DNA from: Scenedesmus sp. PABB004
Lineage: Eukaryota
Reading direction: 5' to 3'
Length of the DNA: 64,000 nucleotides
Assembly: GCA_014905635.1 (NCBI GenBank)
Contig: JABVCE010000002.1
Span: 620,001 to 684,000, forward strand
Shown here: positions 23,801 to 36,399 of the stretch, in pieces
Position numbering within the stretch: position 1 is the first letter of the stretch
Layout: each line of letters starts with the position of its first letter
Program-made: the position numbers and the translations under genes
The notes under the pieces: model-generated
The model's input: the letters and a program-made list of their open reading frames with translations, nothing else
Told to the model about the DNA's origin: nothing
The model's database searches: none

Positions 23801-25079
23801 TCCCGCCAAAAGCGCGCGCGCGCCGCGCCTGTCGCACCACTCCCGCGCGCAGCCTGGAGGCGGGTCTGGGCCTGCTGGTGCACTTTGTGTTCCTCATCTT
23901 CTACCTCCTCGTGTGGGGGGTCAACATCGTCAAGGTGACAGACCGCGGCGCCGCGGTGCCGGCAGCGACCGGCGGCGGCAAACCGTGCAGGGCGGCAGCG
24001 CGCGCGGCGCGCGGCGGCGCGACCCCGCCCGCCCGTTTGCGCCGCGGCCGCGGCGCAGGGCTTCACCACCTTTTCCGCCACGGTGCTCGCGCTCACGTTT
24101 GTGTTTGGCGACAGCGTCAAGTCGGTCTTCGAGGCGCGGCGTGGCGCGCGGCGCGCGACGCGCCCACGCGGCCTGTGCTGCGCAGCGCTGCGCTGTGCTG
24201 ACGCCCCGCCCCGTCCCGCCCCGGTCACTGCACCCAGTCGGCGCTCTACCTGTTTGTGGAGCACCCCTACGACGTCGGCGACCTGCTGGTGCTGCCCGGT
24301 GGCACGATGGCGCGGGTCAAGAAGATCGGTGCGCGCGGGCGGGGCGGGCGACTGCTCCAGCGCGTCGGGCCCGCGCCCACCCGCCGCCCCCGGCTCGGCG
24401 CGGCGCGCGCCCCGTGCAGACCTGATGTACACGCAGCTGGTGCGCGGCAGCGGGGAGCTCGTGTGGCACCCCAACAGCATGATGCGCGCCGCGCTGCTGG
24501 TCAACCTGAGCCGCAGCGGGCCAAAGTGGGAGGGCTTCAGCTGGCTCGTCGACGCCGACACCCCGGACGAGGTGCGCGGCGCGCGCTGCGGCCGGCGCCC
24601 GCGCCGCGCGCCGCGGCCGCCGCGGCCGCACGCGCCGCCGGCCGCGCCTGCGCGCAGGTGCTCGCGTCGCTCGAGGCGGCGCTCGCCGCGCACGTCGTGG
24701 CCAACGCGGCGCACTTCTGGGGCCAGCCCACGGTGACGTGGAAGGGCCTGGAGGACCCGCTCAAGCTGCGCCTCGCCGTGGGGGTGACCTACAGCTTCAG
24801 CGGCGAGGACGTGCGGCGCTGGGTCACCGTGCGCACCGCCTTCCTCGGTGCGGGGGCGCGGCGCGGGGGCGCAGCCCGCGCGCGGCAGGCCCGCCCGCCA
24901 GCCGCGCGCCGCGCGCCCGCTCAGCGGCCCCGCCGCCGCCGCCGCGCATGCACGCCTGTGCAGGCGTGGTGCGGCGCGAGCTGCAGGCCGCGGGCGTGCG
25001 CTACACCGTGCCGCCGGGCGGCTCGGGCGTGGCCGAGGTGTTTGCCGAAACGCTGCGGCAGGCGCAGGCGGAGGGCTGA
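20807..25079 (+). CDS. MscS-like (MSL) mechanosensitive channel with an EF-hand, 11 introns
   Basis: Several TM segments, EF-hand AFQYFDRNGDGSISCSEL, ERKNIAASIKDTDSVV, TFVFGDSVKSVFES, LFVEHPYDVGD, PNS..LVNLSRS. Confidence 0.9.
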
Positions 25080-25568
25080 CGCGGCGCGGCGCGCGGGCGG
25101 CTGGGCGGCGGCAGGACGACACGCGCTGGCGGACGCGGACGAATGTCGGCGCTGAGGGAGGGCGCACTCGCCAGGTCGCACTGCATCTGCCTGTGCGCGC
25201 CCCAGGCTGGGGGGCAGCGCGTCGGCTTGGGGCCTGCAGGCCCCACCAGCTGGTAGGGGAGGGGGGATCAGTTCTCGGCTAGGTAGATCGTCTGCTTAGG
25301 TCCTCTCTGCTCGGCACGGGCGGTGGCGGTCGTGCAGCGCACGCACGCGCCCCTCTGGCGCGGGCGCGCACGCGACGAGGGGGGGCCAGAACAGGCAGCG
25401 AGGTCACTCGGGCGCCAGCGCGCGCCGCGGCCGCCGCATGCGCGCGCAACCCGCGCGGCCATGTCCGTTCTCATGCAAGCACACATGCACATATTGGAGG
25501 GGAGAGAGAGGGCGCTACCAAGGGTAGCTGCTGCCGCGGCGGCGCCCGCCCGGCCGCCACCGCCGCGC

Positions 25569-25963
25569 TCAGAGCCCCCGCTTGCCCAGCTCCTTGGCGA
25601 CCCGGCCGAGCGTGTCGTCCACGAGCTGGTTCCACTGCGCCGCCAGCGTCGCGCGCGCGGCGGGGCCAAACAGGCGCTCCGGCTGCGCGGCAGCCTCCTG
25701 CGGCGGCAGCGTGCCGTGGCCCTCGGCGACCTGCGCCCGCGCGCAGCCGGGCGGGCGGGCGGGCGGGCGCGTCGGCGGCGCCGGGGCGGCCGCGGCCGCC
25801 GCGGCCGCGGGCGCCGCCGGCGGCGCTGCGCGTGCCGCACCTGGCGCGCGCGCGCCCAGATGTCGCGGCGCGCTGTCAAGTACGCCGCGCCCGCGGCGCC
25901 GCCGCCGATCGCAAACCACACGCCCTTCACGACCGCGCTCGGCTTGACCGGCCAGCCCACCAT
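25569..25963 (-). CDS. Small single-TM protein (~94 aa), Mic12/Mic13(QIL1)-like candidate
   Basis: Two exons (25963-25841 and 25730-25569). Gly-rich TM segment FAIGGGAAGAAYL and a C-terminal LAAQWNQLVD motif. Confidence 0.6.
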
Positions 25964-26602
25964 CGCGGCGGCCTGCTGCTGCTGCTGATCAGCTCGGCGG
26001 GCGCTCAGCGCCGCATGCTGCGCGCCCCGCTGCGCGCGACTGCGGCGCCTGGTGCGGGGAGAGCAGCGGCGGCGCCCCGCGGCGGTCAGAGCGCGCGCGT
26101 GCGGCCCATGGCGCCGCAGCGGTGGTGTTGCAGGATGGAACGAGCATGCCAGCCGTCACGCGGGGCTGCTGCGGCGGGCAACCTGCGCGGCGCGCGCCGG
26201 CGCCATTCGATCTGCTGCCGCCGCCGCGGCACCGCCACCGCACCTCGGCCGTGCGCGGAATTGCGGAGTATCAGGGGAATAAACGCGGCCGGCGTGGCAC
26301 AGCGACGCGGCGCGGCGCGCTGCTGCCCGGGCGGCGGCGGGCGCGGCAGCAGCAGCAGCGGCGGCGGTCGAGTTGGCGAGCGCGGCCAGGGGACGAGCTG
26401 GCGCTGGTGGCGCACTCGAATTGGTTGCAGCACGAGCGCCGCCGCGCGAGGGCGCACGCCAAACCTCGCGCGGTTGCTGCACCGCAGCGGCGGCGCCGCC
26501 GCCGCCGCGCACGCGCAACGGCCCTGGCCGCTGCGCCGGCCTCTCCAAACACCTTAGCCCGACCGAGACGCCCGGTGGGCTGTAGCAGCGCACGCCCGCG
26601 CG

Positions 26603-27202
26603 ATGGCGTCGCAGCGCGACGAGTCCTGGCTCTCTGCTGCGCTGCAGAGCGCGCTGGGCTGGGACTCGTTCATCGTCGATGGCGTCGTCGACGCGATCTC
26701 CAAGGCCGATGGGCCGGAGGACCTGGTGGACCTCGTGGAGGTGCGCGGCGGCAGCGGCAGCAGCAGCAGCGCCGGCGGCAGCGGCGGCGGAGCTGCTGCT
26801 GCCCCCAGCGCTGGGCGGCATGCAGGCTAGAGCGCACCGGCAGCGTCGCCCCTGGCCGGCGGCGGCCGCCGCGGTCGCGCTGCCGCGCAGCGCTGCCGCT
26901 GCTCCCGCGCGCGCCGTCCGACCGCCCGCCCCGCGCGCGATCAACCACCGCAGAACTTCATGGGCGGCAGCCCCGCGGCGGTGGCCATCATCGCCGATTA
27001 CATGGAGGCGCGCAACGCGCCGCGCCAGCCGCAGGGCGCGCGCGCGCGCCCCGCGCAGCCGCCGTCGGCGCAGCCCGGCGGCGGCAGCTTTGCCGCGAGC
27101 GTCGCCGCGCCGCCAAAGGCGCCGCCCAAGGCGCGCGCGGCGGCGGCCGCCGCCGCCGTCGCGGAGGCGCAGCGCGAGGAGGCGCGGTGGCTGAGCCTGG
27201 GC

Positions 27203-27297
<95 letters not shown>

Positions 27298-28986
27298 CGG
27301 CGGCGCCCAGCAGCAGCAGCAGCAGCAGCAGAAGCAGGGCACGGCGCTGCCGGAGTCGCTGTCGATCTTCAAGCGCGGCGGCCGGCTGTCGGCGCCCAAG
27401 GCCGGCGGCGCCAAGCCGCCGCGCGACCAGCTCGAGGCGCTCACGGCGGGGCTGGAGCGCAAAGTCGGCAACTGCCTCGCGTGCGGCAAGATCTTTGACT
27501 GCCGCGCGCTGACCAACGACGTCATCGCCTTCATGCGTGAGACGCGGCGCGGCGCGGCGGCACGCGGCGCGCGGCGCGCGGCGCGCGTGCGCCCGCGGCC
27601 TCACTCACGCCCCCGCCCGCCCGCGCGCCACGCCTGCGCGCCCGCAGAGGGCGGCTGCCACTGCACCTTCTGCGGCGCGCCCGTCGCGATGACGCACGCG
27701 GCGCGCCTGGCGCAGGCGCAGGCGCAGCAGCAGCAGCAGCCAGGCGACGCCGGCGCCGGCGGCGGCGCGGGCGGCGACGAGGCCGCCACGGCGGTCGCCG
27801 TCGCGTTCAAGGACCGCCTGGTTGAGTACGACCGCCACAGCCAGCAGCGCACGAGCGTCATTGACGACCAGAGCGACTACTTTGAAATTGAGACCAACGC
27901 CTGGCTCTCACCCGAGGTGCGGCGCGGCGCGACGACGCGGGCGCGCGGCGCGGCGCCGGCGCGCGCGCGCGCCCGCCGACGGGCGCGCGCGCGTCTGCAG
28001 GAGCGCGACGAGCTCAAGCGGCGCGCGCAGCTGGAGGAGGAGGCCGCGGCGGCGCGGCGCAACAAGGTGTTTGTCACGCTCGACCTGCTGGGTGCGTATG
28101 CGCGCGGCTGCGCGGGGCCGCGGGCGCGCTGCCGCGGCCGCCACGCGGGCGACGCGGCGCCCGGCCCCCGGCGCATGCCTCCCACCCACCGCCATGACCC
28201 CGCCACGGCCCGGCACGCCCGCACGCGCAGGGCGCAAGGTGATGGTCGCGGAGGAGCCCGGCGCGGGCGGCGCGCCGGGCGGCGCCAGCTTCCAGACGCT
28301 CAGCGCGACGGAGCAGCTGCGGCGGGGCATTGAGAGCCTCGTCGCGGCGGACGGCGACGCCCCGCCACCGGCACCGCGCGGCGGTGGCGGCGGCGACGCC
28401 GGCGGCGCGGCGGCCGGCGGCGAGGTGCGGGGCGCTGCTACTGCGCGCGCCCTTGGGCTGCGCCGGGCACGCGCGGGCAGCAGCCGGGGCCTGCGGGCGC
28501 GCGTGCCGACTCGCCCCGCCGCCGCCGCCGCCGCCGCCCGCGCAGCGCCCCGCGGCCGAGTCGGCGGCGGCGCTGGCACGGGCGCTGGAGGCCATCAGCG
28601 ACCTGCGCATCAGCGCCAACCCCAGCATTCCCACGCCGCCGCCGGTGTTTGTGCCCGCGTGCCAGCTGCAGCAGCAGCAGCAGCGGCACGCGTCGGCCGG
28701 CGCGGGCGGCGGGCAGCAGCAGCAGCAGGGCAAGCAGGGCAAGCAGCAGGAGGGCAAGCAGCAGAAGGGCAAGCAGCAGAAGGGCAAGCAGGCGGGCGCG
28801 GGGCCGGGCCAGCAGCCCGCGGCGGCCGCGCCGGTGGGCAGGCGGCGGGGCGGCGCTGCGGCTCGCGCGGCGGCGGCGAGCGCGCGCGTGCAGGACGACG
28901 ACGGCAGGTGGGCGGCGTTTGAGGCGGAGCTGCTGTACGACGAGGTGCTGCAGCAGGTGGGGCCGACCGGGCCCGTGACGGCTTGA
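26603..28986 (+). CDS. TRIP4/ASC-1/Rqt4-like zinc-finger protein, 5 introns
   Basis: NCLACGKI..CTFCGAP, AVAFKDRLVEYDRHSQQRTSVIDDQSDYFE, NAWLSPEER, VTLDLLGRKV. Confidence 0.85.
27200..27296 (+). repeat. (GGC)n tract encoding about 32 Gly, followed by a CAG polyQ tract
   Basis: Read directly from the sequence, inside a TRIP4-like exon. Confidence 0.9.
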
Positions 28987-29139
28987 GCGGGCGCGCGAGG
29001 CGGGGCAACCGCGTGCGTTGCAGCCGAACGCGTCCCGCCCCGGCACTGCCGCCGCCAGCCCGCCGCCCGTCGCTCGTGCGTACGCGCCCGGCGGGCACCG
29101 CACTCCGAGCGCGTCTGCCAGCAGGCTCCGTTGTCGGCG

Positions 29140-29599
29140 TCAGGGCTGGTATCCGTACTGCGGGGGCGCGTACTGCTGGACGTACTGCGTGCTCGGCGCC
29201 AGCGCGTACTGCGGCTGCTGCTGCTGCAGCAGCTGCTGCTGCGGCAGCAGCTGCTGCATCGGCTGCGCCTGCTGCATGTGCATCGCCTGCTGCGGCTGCT
29301 GCATCTGCGGCGCGGCCTGCGGGGCAAAAAGGCGGCCGGGCGTCAGCAGGCGGCGCGGGGCGCGGGGCGCAGCACGCAGCACGCAGCGCGCGGGGAGCGC
29401 CGCGGCACGCACCCCCGGCTGCGTATACGTGGAGGCGCCGAGGCTCCCCGGCGCGGCGCCGGCCATTGCGCCCGCGAGCTGCGCGACCGCGCCCATCCAG
29501 CTTGCCGCGCCGCCGACGCCCCGCCGACGCCACCGCCGCCGTCGGTGGGAGCCGCGAGGGTGTAGCCGCTGCTCGCCGGCTGCTGCGGCTGCAGCTGGA

Positions 29600-29649
<50 letters not shown>

Positions 29650-32600
29650 GGCTGCAGCTGGAGCTGCTGCTGCGGCTGCTGGTACGCCAGCGCCGGCGCG
29701 GCGGCCGCGCTGCCGTCGTAGCCGTAGGCGCCGCCCAGGGGCGCGTACGACGCCTGCTGCGCCTGCGGGGCCGCCTGCTGCGCCGCCGCCGGCGCGGGCG
29801 CCGCGGGCGCGAGCTGCTGCTGCGCGCCGGGCGCCTGCTGCTGGTACATCACTGTGAGCGGCTTGAGCACGCCGTCCTGCAAGATGTACATCATCTGCTG
29901 CTGACCGCCACCGCCGCCGGCCGCGGGCGCGCGGCGCAGCAGCGCCCGCGTCGCCCGCCGGCGGCAGCGCCGCGTAGCCGCCGCCGTACGGCGCCGCCGC
30001 GGCGGGCGCGGGCGCGGCGGCCGCGACGGGCGGCGGCGCGCCGTAGGCGGGCGGCGCCGCGGGCGCGCCGTAGGCGCCGGCGGGCGGCGCCGCGGGCCCC
30101 GCGCCGCCGTAGGGGTCGTACGCGTCGCGGTCGTACGCGTCGCGCGGCGGCGGCGCGCCGTAGCCCCCGGGGCCCCCAGGCGGCGGCGGGCCGTAGGGGT
30201 CGTCGTACCTGCGGCGGCGCGGAGGCGGCGGGGCGGGGCGGGGCATGCTCAGCGCGCGGCGCGGCAGGCGGGGCGTGGCGCGCGGGGCGCGGCAGGCGGG
30301 GCGGGCGGCGCACTGCGCGCGCACCTGCCGTAGCCGCCGCCGCCGCCGCGCAGCGGCGGCGGGGGCGGCGGCCCGCCGCCCCTGTCGCCGCGGGAGGCCG
30401 CGTCGGAGCGCATCGGGCGCGGGACCATCGGGCCGGGGCCGCCGGGGCCGCCGGGGCCGCCAGGCCCGCCGGGGGGCATCGGCCCGGGGCCGCGGCGGTC
30501 GCCGCGGTCGTAGTAGTCGTCCCCCGGGCCGCCGCCGCGCCAGGGGGCATGCCGCCGCTGCGGCGCGGGGCAGGGCGGCGCGAGTTGGGGCCCGCGCGCG
30601 CGCGCGCACGCTGGCGTGCCTCGCGGCGCAGCAGCGAGCGCCCCGGCCTGGCTGCCCCCCCCCCCCCCTCCCTGCTGCGCGCGCGCGCACGCACCCGCCG
30701 GGGCCGCCGGCGGCGGCGGCGGCGGCGGCCAGCCCGGGCCGGGGCCGCCGCGGCCGGGCGGGAAGGGCAGCGGCGCGGGCACCGCGCCGGGCGGCAGCGC
30801 GGGGGCATACTTGCGGATGTTGACCAGCAGCGAGTGGTACGCCTCGCGCACGCGCTCCGCGGCGCCGTGCAGCACGACTAGCTGACGGTTCACGCCCTCC
30901 GCGGCGGCTGCGCCCGCGGCGGCGGCGGCGGCGGCGGCGCGGTCGGCGGCGGGGGCCGCGTGCGGCGGCGGCGGCGCGGTCGGCGGCCGCGGCGGCGGCG
31001 GGCGCGGCCACACGCAGCGGCTTGGCGCGGCGCGGCGGGGGCGGCTCACGCGTGACCTCAATGCGCACGCCGATGCGGTCGCGGATGGTCTTTGCGTGCG
31101 TGCCGCCCTTGCCGATCACGGCGGGGCCGATCATCTCCGGCAGCACGTAGAAGCGGCTCGTCACCTCGGCCTGCGCCGCGGCGGCGCGGTGGGCGGCGCG
31201 TGCAGAGGGGGCCGCGGCACGCGGCGTAGCGCGCGCCGCGGGCGGCGCACCTTTGGCGCCATCTTGAAGCCGGGGTCCTCCGCGCGCAGCAGGTCGGAGA
31301 CCATGCGCAGGCACGCCACCACCTGCGCGGCCGGGGCGGCGCGTGGGCTGCGGCGCGGCGCCGCGGCGGCGGGGCGCCCCGCGGCGGCGGCCGGGGGGGG
31401 GGGGGGGGGCGCGGCGGCGCGTGCGCGCGCGCGCCTGGTCGATGGTTCCCTCGATCTCCACCACCTGGTCCAGCTCGCTCGGCGTCGTGCCGGGGCGCAC
31501 GTGGATCTTGGCGCCGCTGTCGCGCCGCAGCCGGCTCACGGTCGCGCCGCGGAGGCCCAGCACGCACGACGCCATGCGCCGCGGCAGCGGGATCTCCTGC
31601 TTCAGCACTGCGTCGGCGGGCAGCCGGAACTTGCTCGCGTCGCCGCGCGGCTCCTGGCCGGGCATGACCGGCTCGGGCGGCGGGCCGCTCGGCCCGGGCC
31701 CGCCGCCCGGGCGCCCCCGGTCGCCGCGCTGCGCCTGCTCGTGCGCAGCGGCGGCGGCCGCCGCCGCGGCCGCGGCCGCAGCCACCGCGGCGGCGGGCAG
31801 CTGCCCCGGCATCGGCGGCGCCGGCTGCCCGTGCGCCGCCGAGGCGGCCGCGGCCGCGGCCGCCGCAGCGGCCACCGCGGCGGCGGGCAGCTGCACCACC
31901 TGCTGCTGCTGCTGCTGCTGCACCGCCTGCGCCTGCTGCTCCACCTGCAGCGGCTGCTCCTGCTTCAGCTGCTCCGGCTCCTGCTTCGGCGGCTGCACCA
32001 CCTGCTGCTGCTGCTGCTCGCGCTGCTGCGCCTGCTCCTGCTGCTCCTGGTCCTGCTTCGGCGGCTGCTGCTCCTGGTCCTGCTTCGGCGGCTGCGGCGC
32101 CGCCGCCGCGGCAGCCGCCTGCTGCTGCAGGAATTGCGTCAGCGCCTCCAGCTGGCCCGCGTGCAGCCCCGGGACCACGCCGAGCGGCGCGGGCGGCTCC
32201 ACTTGCTCCGACACCGGGGCAGGTTGCCCCGGTGCCTCCTGCTGCTCGGGCGCCACCACCTGCTGCGCGGGCGCCTCCTGCTGCTCGTGGTCCGGCGCCT
32301 GCTGCTCCGGCGCGCCCTGCTGCTCCAGCTGTGGCGCCCCCAGGTCCGGCGCCTGCTGCGCGGGCGCCGCGTGCCGCTCAGGCGCCGCCTGCTCCTCCTG
32401 AGCGGGGAGCGCGCCGGCCGCAGCGGGCGCCTCGGCGGCCTCATCCGACGCTGCGCTCACGGCAGCGCCGTCCGCTGCGGGCGCAGGCGGGTCGGCCGCC
32501 GTGGGCGCTGGTGGGTGGTGAGCCGCTGCCGGCGGCTCCTCCGCAGGCTCCGGCTCGGCCGCCGCTGCATCGGGCGGCACAGGTCTGCGCGCGGCGCGGA

Positions 32601-32860
32601 CGGCGGCGGCGATCAGCGGGCGGCGAGCGCGCGCGCGGGGCAGGCGGAGCCGTGGCGCACGGGGCGCGCGCCGCCGCTGCTCACGTCGCGCCGCCGGCCG
32701 TGTGCGGCTCGGGCGCCTCCACGCGCGCGGCCTTGGCGTCCGGCTGCTGATCCGGCGCCTGATCGGGCGCAGGCCGCTTCAGGCTGGGCGCGGGGTCGCC
32801 AGGCGGGAGGGCAGCGAGTTCGGTGGCGCCCTCCGGCGCCGCAGCGCCACCGTTCTCCAT
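29140..32860 (-). CDS. KH-domain RNA-binding protein with Q/P/G/Y-rich low-complexity regions
   Basis: KH1 ASCVLGLRGATVSRLRRDSGAKIHV..VVEIEGT. KH2 AVIGKGGTHAKTIRDRIGVRIEV..LVVLHGAAERVREA. NLS-like LKRPAP..AKAARV. Apparent frameshifts near 29930 and 29520. Confidence 0.85.
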
Positions 32861-33140
32861 GCGGCTGCCACTGCTGCGGGGATGGCTGGCCCCCCTCGCT
32901 CCGCGGTCTGCCTGGCAGGCGTGATCGACAGCCTGCCTGCAACAGCAGCACCGCGCCGACAGCAGCGCCGGGCGCCGCAAAGGCGGATCCGGGGCCTGTG
33001 CCAGCTACCGGGACTGGGATTGACGGGGCGGTCACAGGACCGCAGCGCGGCGCACGCGGCAAACGACGACCGACGCCGACCGCTCGCTGACCGCCGACAC
33101 GCCGCGGCCCGCGCGAGCACCGGCGGCGGGGCGATACCCG

Positions 33141-34418
33141 TCACCGCTCCTTTTTCGACAGCTGCGCCTGCTGCGCCTGCTCGCCACCCGAGCGGCCCTC
33201 GGCCGCGCGCGCGAGCACGTCGCGGCTGGCCGCCGGCCGCGCCGCGGCCGCCGCGCTCGGCCGCGACGCGGCGCCCGCCGGCGCCGCCATGAGGCGCTGC
33301 AGGAGCCCGATCAGGCCAAACGCCACGCCGCCCGCGAGCGCCAGCACAAACGCGACCTCGCCCGCAGCCGCGAGCTGCGCCACGGCGCGCCGGCCCAGGC
33401 GCTTGCGCAGCGCCGCCCAGCGCGACGCCGCGGGCTTGGCGCCCCGGCCCGCCCGCCGCGCGGCCGCCGGCGGCGGCGGCGCCGGCGGCGCGCTGCAGCC
33501 GTCGGGCCCGACCGGGCTCGCGTCGAAGCACGCCGCGTTGCCGGGCGCCGCCAGCGGGTGGCCTGCGCGCGGCGGGCGCGCGCGACGGCGACGTGGCACG
33601 GCGTGGCGCGCCCAGCGGTCGGCGGGCGCGGCCGCGCCGCCCGCCCGCCCGCCCGCCCGCGCGCCCGCCGGCCGCCGCGCACCTGCCGCTTTGCAGAACT
33701 CGGCGCCGCTGCGCACCACGTCGGTCAGCTGGCTGCAGACCAGCATGCTCGCCTGGCCGCCGATGCAGGGTGTGACGTGGCCGTTTGACTCGTCAAACGC
33801 AAACCAGTCCTGGCCGCACGCCGCAAACACCTCGTCGCAGGTCGACGGGCACACGGCGCTCACGTTGCCGACGCCGACCGCGGGGTCGCACACGCGGCAC
33901 GCGAGGCTCGCGAGCCCGCGCTTGCAGGGCCACGACACCTCGTCGTCCGCCAGCAGCGCGCGCAGCGAGCGCTGGATCGTGAGCGCGTGGCTCGCGTTGC
34001 AGCAGCTGCAGCGATACTGCAGCGGGCGCGGCGGGCAGCGGCCGGAGCCGACGTCGGCCTTTGCGTGGGGCGGCCGCGTGGCGTGCCTCGTCGCGCCGCT
34101 GGCGCGGCGCGGCGCCGCGCACCCTGTCGCAGAAGGGCAGGCGGACTTGGTAGGGCGGGGGGTATGGCGCGTCCAGGCGCAGCAGGCCCTGCGTGCGGCG
34201 GCGCCGCGTCGCCGCGGCGGCGGCGGCGCGCTCGGCGGTGCGGCGGGCCTGCGGGCCGGCACGCCGGCGCGTCCCGCCACCCCCACGACGTATCAGGGAT
34301 CTGGCGGCGGGCAGCGCACCTGCGGCCTGCAGGCTGGTGGCCCCCCGCCGGCGGCGCCCGGCAGCAGCGGCAGCGTGGCCGCCGCCAGCAGCAGCGCGAT
34401 CGCCGCCGGTCGCCCCAT
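33141..34418 (-). CDS. Folate-receptor-family Cys-rich protein (signal peptide, C-terminal TM), 3 introns
   Basis: Signal MGRPAAIALLLAAATLPLL. Cys pattern FC..YRCSCCN..C..LACRVCDP..VCPSTCDEVFAAC..PC..VCS..EFC..CFD resembles plant Folate_rec proteins. TM segment VAFVLALAGGVAFGLIGLL. Confidence 0.75.
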
Positions 34419-34901
34419 GCCGCGGCGCCACGGGGAGGTTGCTGCCGGGCCCGTGCGCGCAGCGGGGCGGCCTGGCGAGGGCGGTACTCAGCCCGGCGGC
34501 GAACAGCAGCTGCGGCGCTGCCGCTGCAGGCGGGCGGTGCCCGTTGCGCCGGTGCTGATCACGGAGCCGACGTCGGGTCGGGGTCGGTCGGGCGGCCGCG
34601 CCCGCTGTCCGTCGATCGCCGCGCGGCGGCGGCTCAAGAGGCGCGCGCGCTCGGGGTTGAGCGTGCATGTGAGCGTGCGCTCTGGATGCTTGCGCGCTTC
34701 GCCTCTGCCCACAACACAGCAGCAGCTGACCCACGCACACAGGCAGGCGCGCTCCGACGAGCCGGCACCGCACACGGCGCCGCCCGCCGCTGCCGCTGCC
34801 ACCGCGCCGCGCCGCGCGGCGCCGCTCGGCAGCGCATGCGCCACGCTCTGCGCGCGACCTCTTCCGCGGCTAGAGGCTCTCACCGCGGCGTGCGGCGGAG
34901 C

Positions 34902-35967
34902 ATGGCGTCGTCCGCCGCGGCTGCCGCGCCCGGCGGCGCGCCGTGCGCCAGCGGCGCCGCCGGCGCGGGCGGCCAGCCCAGCCCCGCGGCGGCGCTGGAC
35001 TTCATCATGCTGCTGCAGAACCTCAAGGTGCGGCGGCGCGGGGGAGGCCGCCTGACCGTGGCACCAGCGGCAGCGCGCGGCGCCCGCGCGGCGCGACGGG
35101 CGAGGCGCCGCGCCGCGCCGGCGCCGCCGCGCAGACGACGCCGCGCACGGGCTGGGTGCGCTGCGGCGTGGCGGGGCCGGAGAGCATCGCGGACCACATG
35201 TACCGCATGGGCATGATGGCACTCCTCTGCAGCGGCGGCGGCGCCGGCGGCGTGGACGGCGGCCGCGCGCTGCGCATGGCGCTCGTGCACGACGTCGCCG
35301 AGGCGGTCGTGGGCGACATCACGCCGCACTGCGGCGTCAGCGAGGCCGACAAGCACGCCGCCGAGGCGGCCGCCATATCGCGCATCAAGGACATGCTGGG
35401 CCCGCACACGCACGCCGGTGCGCCGCGCCCGCGCGGGCGGTGGGAGGGGGCGCGCCGCGCGCCGCCGCCGCCGCCGACTCGCCCACCGCCGACTCACCCG
35501 CCGCCGCCGCTGTGGCCGGCAGCGCAAGAGGTCGAGGCGCTGTGGCACGAGTACGAGGCGCAGGCCACGCCTGAGGCGCACCTGGTGAAGGACTTTGACA
35601 AGCTGGAGATGATCGTGCAGGTGGGCGCGACCTGCAGGGGCAGGGCGTTGGCGCTGGCTCGCGCCGCGATCGACGCGTGCACGCCGCCCGCGCGCGCGTG
35701 CGCAGGCGCACGAGTACGAGCAGGCGCAGGGCATGAGCCTGCAGCAGTTCTTCGACTCCACGGCCGGCAAGTTCCGCACGCCCACCGGGTGCGCGCGGCG
35801 GCCGGCGCGCCCGGCGCGCCCCGAGGCCGGCGGCGGCGGCGGCGGCGGCGCGGGGGCGGCGCCGCCCCTCGCCGACGCGCGCGGCGCCCGCCCGCAGGCG
35901 CGCCTGGGCGGAGGAGCTGGTGCGCCGGCGAGCCGCGGCGGCGGCGCGGCCGGCGGGCTCGAGCTGA
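34902..35967 (+). CDS. HDDC2: HD-domain protein, HDDC2/YfbR-like 5'-deoxynucleotidase, 4 introns
   Basis: LKTTPRTGW, ESIADHMYRM, MALVHDVAEAVVGDITP, LWHEYE, VKDFDKLEMIVQAHEYE. Confidence 0.92.
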
Positions 35968-36399
35968 GCGCGGCCGGCGGTGGCGGCACTCGGCCACGTG
36001 GCGCGGCGCGTTGGTCAGCACCTGCTGCGGCGGCCCCACGGCCGCCGCTGCCGCCGGATGGGCGGGTGTGTGCCAGGTTGCAGGGTTGCAGGGCTGGTGA
36101 CGCCAAAAAAAAACCGCGCCGTCAACCCGCGCGCGTCGTGTGGTCTGCCTGTCGCAGCCCGCCGGCACGCACGTCGCGTCTCAGGGCGTGCACGCCATCG
36201 CCGCCATCCCAGCGGGGCCCGTCGCGGCCACACAGCAGCAGCACGCCCAGCTCCCAGCACGCGCTCCCAGCTGCGGCGCACTGCAGCGCATCACACAGAC
36301 CAGAACCACGGCTCCCCGCACGTGGCTCGGCGGGGGCAGCAGCTGCGCGGCGGCGCCGCTGCGGCGCACGGCGCAGCAGCAGCGCTGCGCCGCCGCGCC

